DNA of 64,000 nucleotides, from positions 123,690,001 through 123,754,000 of the forward strand of contig NC_043001.1 in assembly GCF_006345805.1 (NCBI RefSeq), written 5' to 3'. Source of the DNA: Octopus sinensis. Its lineage: Eukaryota. Every line of letters begins with the position of its first letter. Within the stretch, counting starts at the first letter, position 1. A model generated the notes under the pieces. That model had not been told where the DNA came from and did no database searches. It saw only the letters and a program-made list of their open reading frames with translations. The position numbers and the translations under genes were made by a program. Below, in pieces: positions 13,402 through 26,086 of this stretch.

Positions 13402-14437
13402 ACGTCCTAATCTACTTGGATGATAAGCTGTGTCCATGTTCCAGTTTAATAACGCAAACTGGGGCTTGACTGTCCTTTGTATTGTTCAGTCTGTTGCAAG
13501 CATTCAGAGCAGGTCTCCGGTTTGAGGTGACCGTCTGTTTATCCTTCTCTCTCTCTCACGCATGAGTTCTGTTGGATGCTGTCATCTTGACTAAGCAATA
13601 AAAATTGCCAAAAGAAATGCCATTCGTCTCGGTATCAGAGTTAAATGATATTTACAGAAATTTTCTTTTATACAAAAACACAAAAAATGAGGTTAAAATG
13701 AAATGGAAGTAAACTTAAGAATTTAAAAACAACGAATAAAGATTATTATCAGGAGAAATTATATAAATCTTAACGTTTAAAGAAAAATAACGAATAGTGT
13801 GCCAACATTGTTCAAACTTCTTATTATCATTTCCGCATGCCAACACACACAACCAAGCACACATGATATTATCTGTAGCACAAATTAGAAAAGTGTTGAC
13901 GATTAATAATTTACATCAGACACCGAAATAGAAATTACAAACCTTTGCACATTTTCCGAGTTAACGTCTTTCAGTTATTAATGATGCTCGATGGCAGTAC
14001 TGAAGCAGAGATTTTCAGAATCCAACTATAAAGTCACTTTGGGCAGCCCTACCTTAATTAAGAGATAGGATGAGGTGGTCAGGCTAAGGTTAGTTTTATC
14101 CCTGGTTGATGGAAACCTTCTACGGGTTCAGTATAATATGCTCATGGCTAAGTTGTCGGCGACTAAACCAGTCTCCTCCTGGCCTTGTCCACTGAGAAAG
14201 GAGTGTGGGCATCCAACATTATTAAAAAGTATGTACGAGGCTTAATATACTGTATCATAATATTCCACAAAATTACATGTATTATACGCAACTTATAATG
14301 CATAAATTATCTTTATAAACTTACGTATAACACAGAGCGTTGCATAATATTTACAGAAGTAGATAAACAACTGCAATGCAATACTTTAAAATATTTTATT
14401 TTATATAAGACACATCAATATAAAACAAAATTTTTAA

Positions 14438-14640
14438 GGCGGTGAGCTGACAAAATCGTTAGCACGCTGGGCAAAATGCTTAGCGGCATTTCGTCTGTCT
14501 TTAAGTTCCGAGTTCAAATTCCACCGAGATTGACATTGACTCTACATTTCATCCTTTCGATGTCAATAAAATAAGTAGCAGTTAAGCTATGGGATCAATG
14601 TAATCGACGTAACCCCTCCCTCGAAACAGCTGAACTCGTA
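14438..14640 (+). mobile_element. SINE family B
   Basis: GGCGGTGAGCTG..GTTAGCACG..GAGTTCAAATTCC..TTTCATCCTTTCG..ATAAAATAAGTA consensus shared with more than 10 copies in the window. Confidence 0.8.
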
Positions 14641-14886
14641 TACAATATATGATTTCAAGTAATCTGGTAGCACTCATAAAAAAAAGTTCCTTAATGTATC
14701 ATTCTACAAAACAATTAGAGGAAATGTTTGCATTAACGCAAACATATAAGTGATTTATATATTATTAAAATACAGTAATATAAATGATTTACATGTTTTT
14801 AAGATACGAAACAATTTCTCGTGATATTAGAATTCTTTTATAGTTAAATAAAATTTTATCAAACTATTTTTCTCTCATCTATGACT

Positions 14887-15012
<126 letters not shown>

Positions 15013-15414
15013 TGTGCATTTAAACACAGAAGAGGTTAATCGACGTAACCCCTCCCTCTGCACGCTAGAGAGAACAATTAAATTCCAAACCACTGTTAGG
15101 GATAACATTTCGAAGGGAATGGAAAATAAAATACATTTACCATCTAATTCCTGGACCAATGTTTTCGGACTTTTTTAGCAAATAAAATGATTTTCTAAGC
15201 GAAGTCTTCTTCAGCAGGTACACCTTAGATTAAATATATATACACGAGGCAATCCAGTATATGTCCTGTGCTTATACATTGTAATTTTTCAAATCTACCG
15301 CGCAGGCACAGTTTCTATGTGAATAATGTATTGTCTACTGACTAAACCTTTACACGCTAGGCCACTGGCAATGGAAATTTCTAATATATCTGATGACCCT
15401 TTGATATATATTAT

Positions 15415-15700
15415 AGGGAGAATTCACGAAAAAAACAAAAGACGAAGACAGGTGGTGTAGAAAACAAACAGATGTATTAGTATAACACTCAGGAATTGAA
15501 AAAGTATTTTACGTTTCCAGCCTACGCTCTTCCACAGAAAGGAACGCAGAAAGAAACAAGGAGAGAAAAAATGCGTCTAGTGGATACCGATCCATCATGG
15601 CGACTGCCGGACGGAAGGGTCAGGGAGAAGAGCGAAGAAGTAGGGGAGATAACAAAGTAAAGATGATCCCCAAAACGAAGGTGCGCGTGTGTGTGAGAGA
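15415..15700 (-). mobile_element. Penelope-like terminal fragment (same family as 61090), degenerate HHR
   Basis: Minus strand CTGTGGA-A-GAGCGTAGGCTG-GAAACGTA; homologous to 61090-61380 and 42040-42215. Confidence 0.7.
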
Positions 15701-16639
15701 GTATATATATGTACGTGTAAGAGAGTACGTATGTACGTATATATAAATAATCAAAGCAATGATAATGATTTATTAAATTATCGTGTTTTTCTCAATAAAA
15801 GTAATGGGTAAAAAGTTTTATAACCTTATTCTACATCTTATCGATACCTCTAATTTGAATATTGATTATGGTGTGTGATTAAGAAGACCGTTTTACAATC
15901 ACATGGTTTCAGATTCAGTTCCTCTGTGCATCGCATTTAGCAATTCTCTTCTATTATAGACCCGGTCTATCAATGGCTTGCGAGCGAGTTTAGGAGACGG
16001 ATAATGTGGAATAGCTTGTCGTACATATACACATACATCATGCGTGTTTGTGTGTTTGTCTCTTGATAAATTTGTCGCTTGATAAATGCTGTTGGTTTAA
16101 TATCGTCTATGTTACTTAGAAGTTTGGCAAAAATTAACGATGCCATAAGTACTAAATCTAAAGAAGATGAGTACTGATGTAATTTAATGGACCAAACCCT
16201 TCAAAGCGTTGTGCCAGCGGGGCCGAAGACCAATGACTGAACAAGAAAATGAATTGAATAAATAAATATATAAATAAATAAATGGAGTTTTATGGTAATT
16301 TAAAGTTTCGAGGATTCTTCTTCTACATCTAATAGAGAGAGAGAGAGAGAAAGAGAACGGAAGAAAGAAAAGGGAGAGAAGTGGGGGAACAGAATATCTG
16401 TAGAGTTGTTATTACATTGTTTAGAAGAGCACGAATGGTAACATGGAATAATGGAATGGTGTTAGAACAGTGGGCGAATTAAGTTGTGAGAAATTATGCA
16501 TCTGGTAGATCTTAGGCACATTGGCAGTGTTTCATGCCATTAGGAAGGAATTAACCAACCACATACTGAATTGTATGAACATTACTTTATTTAGTCGACC
16601 GGAAACACAGAAGTCTATGTTGGCTCGAAAAAAGGATTT

Positions 16640-16815
16640 GTACACCAAAATAATATAGTAGTTTAAATTTTGGCACAAGGCCAGCAAGTTCGGGGGAGGG
16701 AGTACTCGATTATATCGACCCCAACTGGTACTTATTTTGACGACCCTTATAGGATGAAACGGATGGTCAACCACGGCGGAATTTGAACTCAGAATGTAAA
16801 CGTGGACGAAATACC
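16640..16815 (-). mobile_element. SINE family B
   Basis: Family B consensus, reverse strand. Confidence 0.75.
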
Positions 16816-16819
16816 CCTA

Positions 16820-17210
16820 GGCGCAGGAGTGGCTGTGTGGTAAGTAGCTTGTTTACTAACCACATGGTTCCGGGTTCAGACCCACTGCGTGGGACCTTGG
16901 GCAAGTGTCTCCTACTATAGCCTCGGGCCGACCAAAGCCGTGTGAGTAGATTTGGAAGACGGAAACTGAAAGAAGCCCGTCGTATATGCGTATGTGTGTT
17001 TGTGTGTCTGTGTTTGTCCCCCTAGTATTGCTTGACAACCGATGCTGGTGTGTTTATGTCCCCGTTTGTTAGCGGTTCGGCGAAAGAGACCGATAGAATA
17101 AGTACTGGGCTTACAAAAGAATAAGTCCCGGGGTCGAGTTGCTCGATTAAAGGTGGTGCTCCAGCATGGCCGCAGTCAAATGACTGAAACAAGTAAAAGA
17201 GTAAAGAGTG
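16820..17210 (+). mobile_element. SINE family A, near-intact reference copy
   Basis: GGCGCAGGAGTGGCTGTGTGGTAAG tRNA-like head with GGTTCAGACCC B-box, CCTTGGGCAAG, internal (TG)n, tail GTAAAAGAGT repeats. Confidence 0.93.
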
Positions 17211-17254
17211 TAAAGAGGTATTTTCCCGCCATGTTACCGATTCCGCTTGCTCGC

Positions 17255-17683
17255 CGCCTTACTCCAAAATAATACAATAATCCTTCCCACTAAAGGTACA
17301 AAGCCTAAAATTTTAGGGGAGGGGGCCAGTCGATTATAGAGACCCCAGTATTTCACTAGTGCTTAATTTATCGATCCTGAAAGGATGAAAGGAAAACTCG
17401 ACCTCGGCGGAATTTGAACCCAGAACGTAAAGATGGACAAAAAACCGCCAAGTATATTGTCCGGTGTGATAACGATTCTACCAGTTCACCTCCTTCCAAT
17501 AATGAGACATTCTAGTAATTGTTTCGAACTAAAGCTAAAAGGCTTGGAATTAGATGGAGGGGAGTCTAGTAAATGGACCCCAGTACTTGATTAGTAATTT
17601 ATTTTTCGATCCCCGAAAAGATTATGGGTAAAACTGTCATTGACGGAATTTGAACTCAGAACGTAGAGATCCGTAACAATTAC

Positions 17684-17750
<67 letters not shown>

Positions 17751-18050
17751 TAATAATAATAATAATAATGATAGTAATAATAATAATAATAACAATAATA
17801 ATAATACACTTTTTTCCCGACACATTAACACTTCTGCCAATCAAATATCATGGGATTTCGAAAATAAATCTTTCTACAATACGCACAAAACCAGAAAATT
17901 TTGTGGAGTGACCAGTCGATTACATTGATCTCAGTGTTCCACTGGTACTTATTTTGAAGAGCAAAGTCAAACTCGGTGGAATGTAAAGCCGGAAGAAATA
18001 CCGCTAAGCATCTCGTCCGGTTTACTAATGATTCTGACAGCTCATCGACT
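17255..18050 (-). mobile_element. cluster of three SINE family B copies (17255-17495, 17530-17680, 17860-18050) around (TAA)n 17685-17805
   Basis: Repeated GGCGGAATTTGAACTCAGAACGTA / TTTATCGA.CC.GAAAGGATGAAAG motifs. Confidence 0.8.
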
Positions 18051-18359
18051 TAGGTTTCTATAATAATGAATATATTTTAATGACATTTTTAATCAGACGT
18101 TTTTGAATATACTCAGAAACACCTTCAAGCGAATACACAAATAAATATGAAATACTCTTGTAGAAATACAAAGAAAAACAAAGGCAAATAAAGGAAAAGT
18201 ATCAAAGCAGAATTCTTTCATTGATGAACATGTAAATATTGCAATGAATAGGAAAGTGTATGAGATTACCTGGGTCTCACAAATAATTGCAAAGTCACTA
18301 CCAAAGATAGTTTAGCAGATTAATCAACTGAAATATAGGTTTGAAGACATTGCAAGAGG

Positions 18360-18478
<119 letters not shown>

Positions 18479-18495
18479 GCTTCTGCTGCTGCTGT

Positions 18496-18778
18496 TGAGC
18501 GAAGCGGTCTTCGTCCCAGAGTTCGCAAGATCGCGCCTCTGTAGTGGGAGAAGTCCGAAACGTGGTCCTTTGCTATCGTAAGACCCGCAGAAGAGAACGC
18601 GGGTCAACCCCTGATACCGAGAGCATCGACGGATGGATGAATGCGCATCCAGGCTCAGCGGTTGCGTAGGAAGTCGGGGACAAGAAACAGGAAGAAAGAG
18701 TGATAGTAAGTTGGGGCGAAAGAGTACAACAGGGGTCACCACCACCCCCTGCCGGAGCCTCCTGGAGCTTTAGGTGTT
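18496..18778 (-). mobile_element. 5'-truncated SINE family C, tail type 3, inside a (TAC)n microsatellite
   Basis: Central domain AAACACCTAAAGCTCC.GAGGCTCCGGCAGGGG shared with 3677 and 13018; 12-bp flanking direct repeat TGCTGCTGCTGT (18484-18495, 18779-18790); (TAC)n on both sides. Confidence 0.82.
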
Positions 18779-18789
18779 TGCTGCTGCTG

Positions 18790-18860
<71 letters not shown>

Positions 18861-20225
18861 TTACTACTACTACAGTCAACGACGTGTGAACGCTTCAGCA
18901 GCAAACAAATGTTATCACAACGAACAAAATCTCCCACAAGAGGAACATAAAAATGCAGTAACTGTGTCTTTATAAAACCATTTACCCTTCGACTACATAC
19001 AAAATTATCAAGGCTGAAAATAAAGAGGAAAAATATCAACATTCTCTGCTGTGTCAGACAATAATATCATATATACCTACTTACATAAACACACAGACAC
19101 ACAGTTACATAGACACAGACACATACACACATGTATGTGTGTATGTACGCACGTACGTACGTATCTATGTGTATGTATGTATGTATGTATGTATATGTAA
19201 TACTCAGACATCAACGCAATATATGCTTTCTCAAAGATTGGATAAATATATATTATTTGCTCATATTGTATGAAATAATGGATATCATTTACTATTTATA
19301 TATATATTGGTTCATTTTACTCATTCTTTATTGAATACGAACATATTCAAGATAATACTGTCAAATAACGCACAGAATGATAGCGAACATATTAAAACCG
19401 AGTGAAACTATGTCGAGATAGTGTCACACGGACGACTTATTTCGTTTTAATACAATATTTTGCAAGTTCTTGCGCAAACTAATGGAAATAGTAGGCAAGT
19501 CGCCTTCAAACCATTCGCTAACTTTTATCTGTTAAAAAGAAAGAAAGCATATATAGGAAAAGATAGAATAGGCACTGCTGGAATGTCTCTAATCTTGAGT
19601 CCTCACGATTACGGGTGACCAGAGGTGAAACAACACTTAGGTGATCATACTGTTTCTTGTTGCAAATGGTCTTCAGAAAAGAGTAAGATGATTTGGACAC
19701 TTTTTGTTATCGCTTAATCAAGGATGAAAGAGTCATTTGTGTTCACTTTTTCAGAAGCTCCGGCAATGATTGGAAAATGAAGGGAGGTATTTTCATCAAA
19801 GCAGAGATCTGGTCCAATGCTTGTAAAAGTAAATTTCGCTAACTGCTCTCAAACACGAGGTATTGGTGTTTAACTGGGGCAATGGTTTAAGTTTAATACA
19901 CAAGGAATGTGAATGAGCACAACCGAAGCAAATTCCACGAAGCAAATTCCACGAAGCATCTAGTCTGATGTTTTAGTAATTATACCGATTTATTCCAATG
20001 GGTCTCGTAGCCAAAATGGACGTAAGCAAGATTTGAGTTTTACGGAAAGAACCGGAAAAATACCAGAATGAATTCAGTCAATCACAATAACGTCTTTGAC
20101 ACTTTGCTGTCTATATAGTCCTAGATACAAAGAAAAAATGAAATACATCATGGTCATATCTTCTTGAACAACAATGACAACAACAATATTAATTTCTCGC
20201 TCTTCCAAATTGGAAAATTATAATA

Positions 20226-20283
<58 letters not shown>

Positions 20284-20442
20284 TGGCAGGGCTGGCCTGC
20301 TAGGTAGCCGGCCAGAATGCTAGAAGAAGATCATCATCGATCAAACTACAAGGGAAATTCTCTAGAGAAGAAGAATTTAGCGAACACAGCAGAACCAAAT
20401 TTGGGGGCAGGACATATGAAAAATTAAATAAAAAACAGACTT

Positions 20443-20520
20443 AAATGCATACCTCGGTTTCGGTCTTAACAAAAGAATTACTTGCATAATTCAAGTGTCC
20501 GTGACTTCATCAGTACATTC
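20443..20520 (-). ncRNA. type I hammerhead ribozyme motif, repeat unit 1
   Basis: GAAUGUA-CUGAUGA-A-GUC..GAC-C-GAAA-CCGAGG-UA|UGCAUUU: 7-bp stem I, complete core, GUA triplet, short stem III. Confidence 0.78.
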
Positions 20521-20986
20521 GGTCCTCGAGATGCAAACTGAAAGACTAACCCCAGCTCTCTGGTCAGACAGACACGTGCTTAGTCTTACTGATTACATCG
20601 GGAATAAAATTTCGAATGTCTTGGTTCTGGCGCGCTAAGAGACTCCTGAAGCGAAGGGCTGCAGTGAATAATTCACTGGGGTAATGCTTACAACTAGGGA
20701 ACGTATTTATTTAAATATTTAAAAATTGAGGGAGATAAATTAATATTAATTTTAATATCAATTAAAAAAACCAGTAGTCCAGCATTCAAAAAATCTGAGG
20801 AGTCAGAGAAAATTCAAATATATGTGTATATTGGCAGGGCTGGCCTGCTAGGTAGCCGGCCAGAATGCTAGAGAAGATCATCAACGATCAAAAATACAAG
20901 GGGAAATATCTTAGAGGAAGAATTCAGCGAACACCAGAACCAAATTTGGCGGGCAGGACATATGAAAAATTAATAAAAGCAGACTT

Positions 20987-21063
20987 AAATGCATACTCGG
21001 TTTCGGTCTTAACAAAAGAATTACTTGCATAATTCAAGTGTCCGTGACTTCATCAGTACATTC
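20987..21063 (-). ncRNA. type I hammerhead ribozyme motif, repeat unit 2
   Basis: Same as unit 1 with stem III one nt shorter (ACCGAGU-A). Confidence 0.72.
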
Positions 21064-21626
21064 GGTCCTCGAGATGCAAACCGAAAGACTAACCCCAGCT
21101 CTCTGTGTCAAGACAGACACGTGCTTAGTCTTACTGATTACATCGGGAATAAAATTTCAAATGTCTTGGTTCTGGCGCGCTAAGAGACTCCTGAAGCGAA
21201 GGACTGCAGTGAATAATTCACTGCGGGTAATGCTTACAACTAGGGAACGTATTTATTTAAATATTTAAAAATTGAGGGAGATAAATTAATATTAATTTTA
21301 ATATCAATTTAAAACAGTAGTCCAGCATTCAAAAAATCTGAGGAGTCAGAGAAAATTCAATATATGGTATATTGGCAGGGCTGGCCTGCTAGGTAGCCGG
21401 CCTGAATGCTAGAAGAAGATCATCAACGATCAAAGTACATGATCGTTGATGATCTTCTTCTAGCATTCTGGCCGGCTACCTAGCAGGCCAGCCCTGCCAA
21501 TATACACATATATTTGAATTTTCTCTGACTCCTCAGATTTTTTGAATGCTGGACTACTGGTTTTAAATTGATATTAAAATTAATATTAATTTATCTCCCT
21601 CAATGAAATATATATATATATATATC

Positions 21627-21657
<31 letters not shown>

Positions 21658-21769
21658 ATATATATATATATACCCAACACATCAACCTTCACAGGCAGAA
21701 ACATAATTGAGCTTAAGTAAAAATAAGATAAGTCTCATTTGACTTGGTTTGAATGCTAACGACTTTGTC

Positions 21770-21930
21770 AGCTTTCACCACTAGAATTTACAAATATTGG
21801 TTCCAAAACATTCGACTGCAAGAGGATGAAAGGCAAAAATGGACCTGAGCAGAATTTGAACACAGAACGTGCAGATAGACATAATATCATTAAGCATTTT
21901 CCCCGACATACTAACGATTCTACCAGCTCA
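21770..21930 (-). mobile_element. degenerate SINE family B
   Basis: AGGATGAAAGGCAAA..AGAATTTGAAC..AGAACG motif. Confidence 0.65.
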
Positions 21931-22253
21931 TTAGGATGTACAATATATACAGCATTTCGATTGCTAACTGAATTTCAACAGTTCATGAAGTACGCAACGA
22001 AAAGCATATGTACAATGGTCCTATAATTTTAACTAGTTGTGTATACACGTCTTATACATACACACATATACGCACACAAAGATATTTTGGTTTAAATATA
22101 TTTTATTTGTTATTTATGTTTTGGTTTATGTCTATCACTGTTTGGGTTGCATAAAAGTGGTTTTATCTCTAATTTACATATATATATATATATACCACTG
22201 GTATTTGAGTACTCTTTTTTCCACCTTGTTTCACATTTATGTGTTTACTCCGG

Positions 22254-22291
<38 letters not shown>

Positions 22292-22369
22292 ACCCAACAC
22301 ACAAACCCACACATGCAGAAACATGCTTCAGTTTAAAAATGGGATAACACACATTTGACTTGATTTGAA

Positions 22370-22504
22370 TGCTTTTGTGTTCCTTCTGCCGAAGAGCGTA
22401 TGCTCGAAACGTAAAAGACTTTCTAACTTTCCCGAGAGTCAAACTAATACACCTGTTGTTGTTTATACACTTGTCCTTGTCATTAGTTTTTCTTTAAATT
22501 TCAA

Positions 22505-22505
<1 letters not shown>
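22370..22505 (+). mobile_element. PLE terminal fragment with degenerate HHR, ending in (TA)n
   Basis: CTGCCGA-A-GAGC-GTAT-GCTC-GAAACGTA-AAAGA. Confidence 0.65.
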
Positions 22506-22562
<57 letters not shown>

Positions 22563-23039
22563 CTATATATATATATATATATATATACATACACACACAC
22601 ATTTATATATTCATAGGTCTGAGTGCGTGTATACAAATGCAAGTCAGAATGTAATGCTATTATTATGTGCGTTAATTTTTGACCTACCCTCGTATCTGAA
22701 TATGTGTTTGTATATTCACACGCACATCCACACACACGTACACACACACACGCACACGCATCCACATAGACACGCACAAACACACAAACACAAACAGACT
22801 CACACACACACAAACGCGCACACAGATGCTTGCATAGATAAATATATATAATTGTGTTCGAACGCTCGCTTATATTTAAAGCGCAATACATATTCTGCGA
22901 GCGATATTTTCCTTACCCTCAGAATACATTGATAACTTTTCTGGCAGCAGTTAAGAGGAGGAAAGTACATGGTTCCTGATTCTAGGTTCAAGGAATGAAA
23001 ACTCCAACAAGCATACCACAATAATACATACGTTGAACG

Positions 23040-23250
23040 TTTTCCCTAATCTAAAAGTCATGAGATATAGTTCCTCTCATCTCTATATACACTTTTATTT
23101 TCTTCAACACGCTATATAATCTGACCTCAGCAATCAGCTTTCTTAGAGGAGAACGTAGACCTTTCAGTTAGATTCAAAAGGAATTCTGTTACCATTGTTG
23201 GTTTGCTGGTGAGAGTTGCAAGTATATCGAAATTGAATTACATCAAGCTA
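23040..23250 (-). mobile_element. possible decayed PLE GIY-YIG C-terminus
   Basis: Minus frames give F.ILA..KP..GNR..LNLTE, recalling the 'KPY.N....C.LCL.EK' PLE C-terminal motif. Confidence 0.3.
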
Positions 23251-23254
23251 TGAA

Positions 23255-23307
<53 letters not shown>

Positions 23308-23453
23308 GTGTGTGTGTGTGTGTGTGTGTTTCTCTGTATGTGTATTTATATCTATATATCCATACATGTAAACATAAATATATATGTATAAGCATATGAT
23401 GATTTTTTATATAGAAGAGAATGTTGCTGAGAGTATGCATTTATCTGTGTGCT

Positions 23454-23488
<35 letters not shown>

Positions 23489-23774
23489 GCAAGAATGTAT
23501 GTACATATATGTGTATGCATGTATGTATGTACGTTTGTATATATACATGTGTATCTATCAGTAGTTTTATTTATGCATTTACATGCATATATATATATAT
23601 AATATATGAATATATATATATATATGTTTGTGTGTGTGTTTATGTGTGTATATATATACACATATATATATATATACATAAATACATACATATATGCATA
23701 CACATACGCATGTGCCCGCGCATACATACTCACATATGTATATGTGTGCGTGAGTGTGTGTTTGTGTGTGTGTG

Positions 23775-23819
<45 letters not shown>

Positions 23820-24227
23820 ATGCGTGAGTGCATGTCCTTCCTAAACGGTCGTTCAATAGGCAAAGCTTTAGATTGTTCTCCGGCGAAAGTTTAAGCGTAA
23901 AAATAAAACTAATAACGAACACAAAAATATGCGAAGAAAGAAAAAATTCAAGAGACAGAAGTAGTAGAGATAATGAAAATAATGAAAATAAAACGAAAAA
24001 TCGTTGTATACTATATAGAGAGAAGAGAAACTTATCAAAAAAAAAAGAAATAAAACTGTACGTAAAGTCACATTGAATGTATGGTGAATGATTTGTATTA
24101 TTGGAAATGTTTTGATTAAGCCATTGTAGATATTTGGCCAAACTTGTATGCACATGCAGCTCTGTTCATGTCATTAATAGCCTCAGATAAAACGTTTCGG
24201 AATTTAGCTTCTCGATATTTTATGAAT

Positions 24228-24545
24228 CCAGATATATTGAACTGAAATGTGGCATAACAAACACTTGCTGAATGACTCATGTGTGAGTTATGGAAAGTAT
24301 GGAGTGATATCTTCTGAATATCCAGATATACTAAACTGAAGTATGGCATATAAGACTGGCTGAATGACTCATCGATGAGTCGTTAGACTGAAGTTTGGCA
24401 TATAACACTGGCTGAGTGACTCATGGGGGAGTCCTGGGAAGCGTGGAGTGGTATTTTATTATTATCCTGATATATTTAGCTGAAGTATGGCATATAACAC
24501 TGACTGAGTGCCTCATGTACGAGTCGTGATTAGCATGGAGTCGCC
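24228..24545. repeat. four-copy array of a ~45-bp core ending in GACTC-N6-GAGTC hairpins containing TGACTCA
   Basis: CTGAAGTATGGCATATAACACTGGCTGA.TGACTC-N6-GAGT-type cores start at 24242, 24336, 24388 and 24480. Confidence 0.85.
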
Positions 24546-24714
24546 ACTTAATTAACATAACCCTCAGGTCCGTTCTGACCCGTAGCGGTTGTTATTATCA
24601 GGGCCCCATCTATGGGTTAAATAAACTTCGTAAGCTTAGATTGAACTCCTTAGCTGCAGTGAAAACAATCAGTCTAGGAGAATGAAAACTCAAAAACATA
24701 ACATAATACACTTT

Positions 24715-24937
24715 CAAACATACCTATTTCTTTACTACCCACAAGGGGCTAAACACAGAGGGGACAAACGATTTAAGTCGATCATATCGACCCCAGTGCG
24801 TAACTGGTACTTATTTAATCGACCCCGAAAGGATGAAAGGCAAAGTCGACCTCGGCGGAATTTGAACTCAGAACGTAGCGGCAGACGAAATACTGCTAAG
24901 CATTTCGCCCGGCGCCGGCGTGCTAACGATTCTGCCC
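24715..24937 (-). mobile_element. SINE family B, good copy
   Basis: Matches 30970-31210 and 63285-63508, including the CCCACAAGGGGCTAAAC tail. Confidence 0.9.
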
Positions 24938-25314
24938 AGATACCCTAAGCGCCAGCACACAAAAGTATAGCTGACAAAACTAACATGACGTGTCTCATGT
25001 TTGTACGCATTCAGCCACCAACGGAGATAGGAAGAAATGATTAACTCACCCGTTGCAGAGCACTCTTGTATTAATGGCATTCCTTTAACAGCTCTTGAGT
25101 ATCTGTTGTCACTTTAAAATCCCATATCTTGTGTAGCGTAAATTAAATACTGAATAATAGCCTTGGTCGTAAATTGAATCAGGCTTTCTAAATCTTATTT
25201 CTCCAGATATAATTGATCATCCAACGGCTGTATTAAGAGACTGCACTTCTTATATGCGAATTAAATAACTAATCAAGCGTTGCGATGGCAGAATTTTACA
25301 TCTTTTCTTTTTTT

Positions 25315-25548
25315 TTCTTTTACTTGTTTCAGTCATTAGACCCCGACTATGCTGGGGCACCTTTTTGAAGAGCCTTACTCAAACGAATCGACCCCACTGC
25401 TAATATTTTTAAAGACTTGTACATATTCTATCGGTCTCTTTTGCTGAACCGCTAATTTACGGGGACGTAAACCACACCGGCACCGGTTGTGAGGTAGTGT
25501 TGATCGACAAACAAATATACAGAGACACACGTGCACACACACGACACT

Positions 25549-25586
<38 letters not shown>

Positions 25587-25825
25587 CGCACACACAGGCA
25601 CACATACACGCAAACATACAAACACACACACGCACACACAGACACACACACACATATATTTACAACAGGCTTCTTTCTGTTTCTGTCTATAAAATCCACT
25701 CACAAGTTTTTGGTTGGCCCGAGGCTTTAGCAGAAGACACTTGCCCAAGGTGGCACGCAGTAGGATTGAACCCGGAACAATCTGATTGGGAAGCACATAT
25801 CTTACCACACAGGCCTGCCTGCGCC
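25315..25825 (-). mobile_element. SINE family A with expanded internal (CA)n
   Basis: Family A head and tail separated by microsatellite. Confidence 0.85.
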
Positions 25826-26047
25826 TAAATACGGAAAAAAATGCATGTAAGTGGCAGATAGTTGAATAGACAGTAAAAAGAGATGATTTACGATGATAGT
25901 AAACGATGATAGTACCATACGATAAAGCTACTGCACATAGTGCGATTGAAATTGATAAATGTGGTTGTGGTGACGGTGAGATATTTAAGGTCGTTGATGA
26001 CGTCGATGTAGCTGCTGGTGAAAATGATGATGATGATGATGACAGTA

Positions 26048-26086
<39 letters not shown>

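Larger units (their letters stand above)
20278..21604 (-). repeat. ~545-bp head-to-tail repeat (2 units plus a partial third) ending in a ~165-bp fold-back; PLE/retrozyme-like
   Basis: GTATATTGGCAGGGCTGGCC starts at 20278, 20826 and 21367; inversion centre 21433-21439; flanked by (TA)n on both sides. Confidence 0.93.

Noticed and set aside
24228-24545. CRISPR-like repeat/spacer appearance; HHR-like CTGAATGA
   Set aside because: Spacing is irregular, the spacers resemble one another, there are no cas genes and the context is eukaryotic. No GAAA follows the stem, so it is not a hammerhead.
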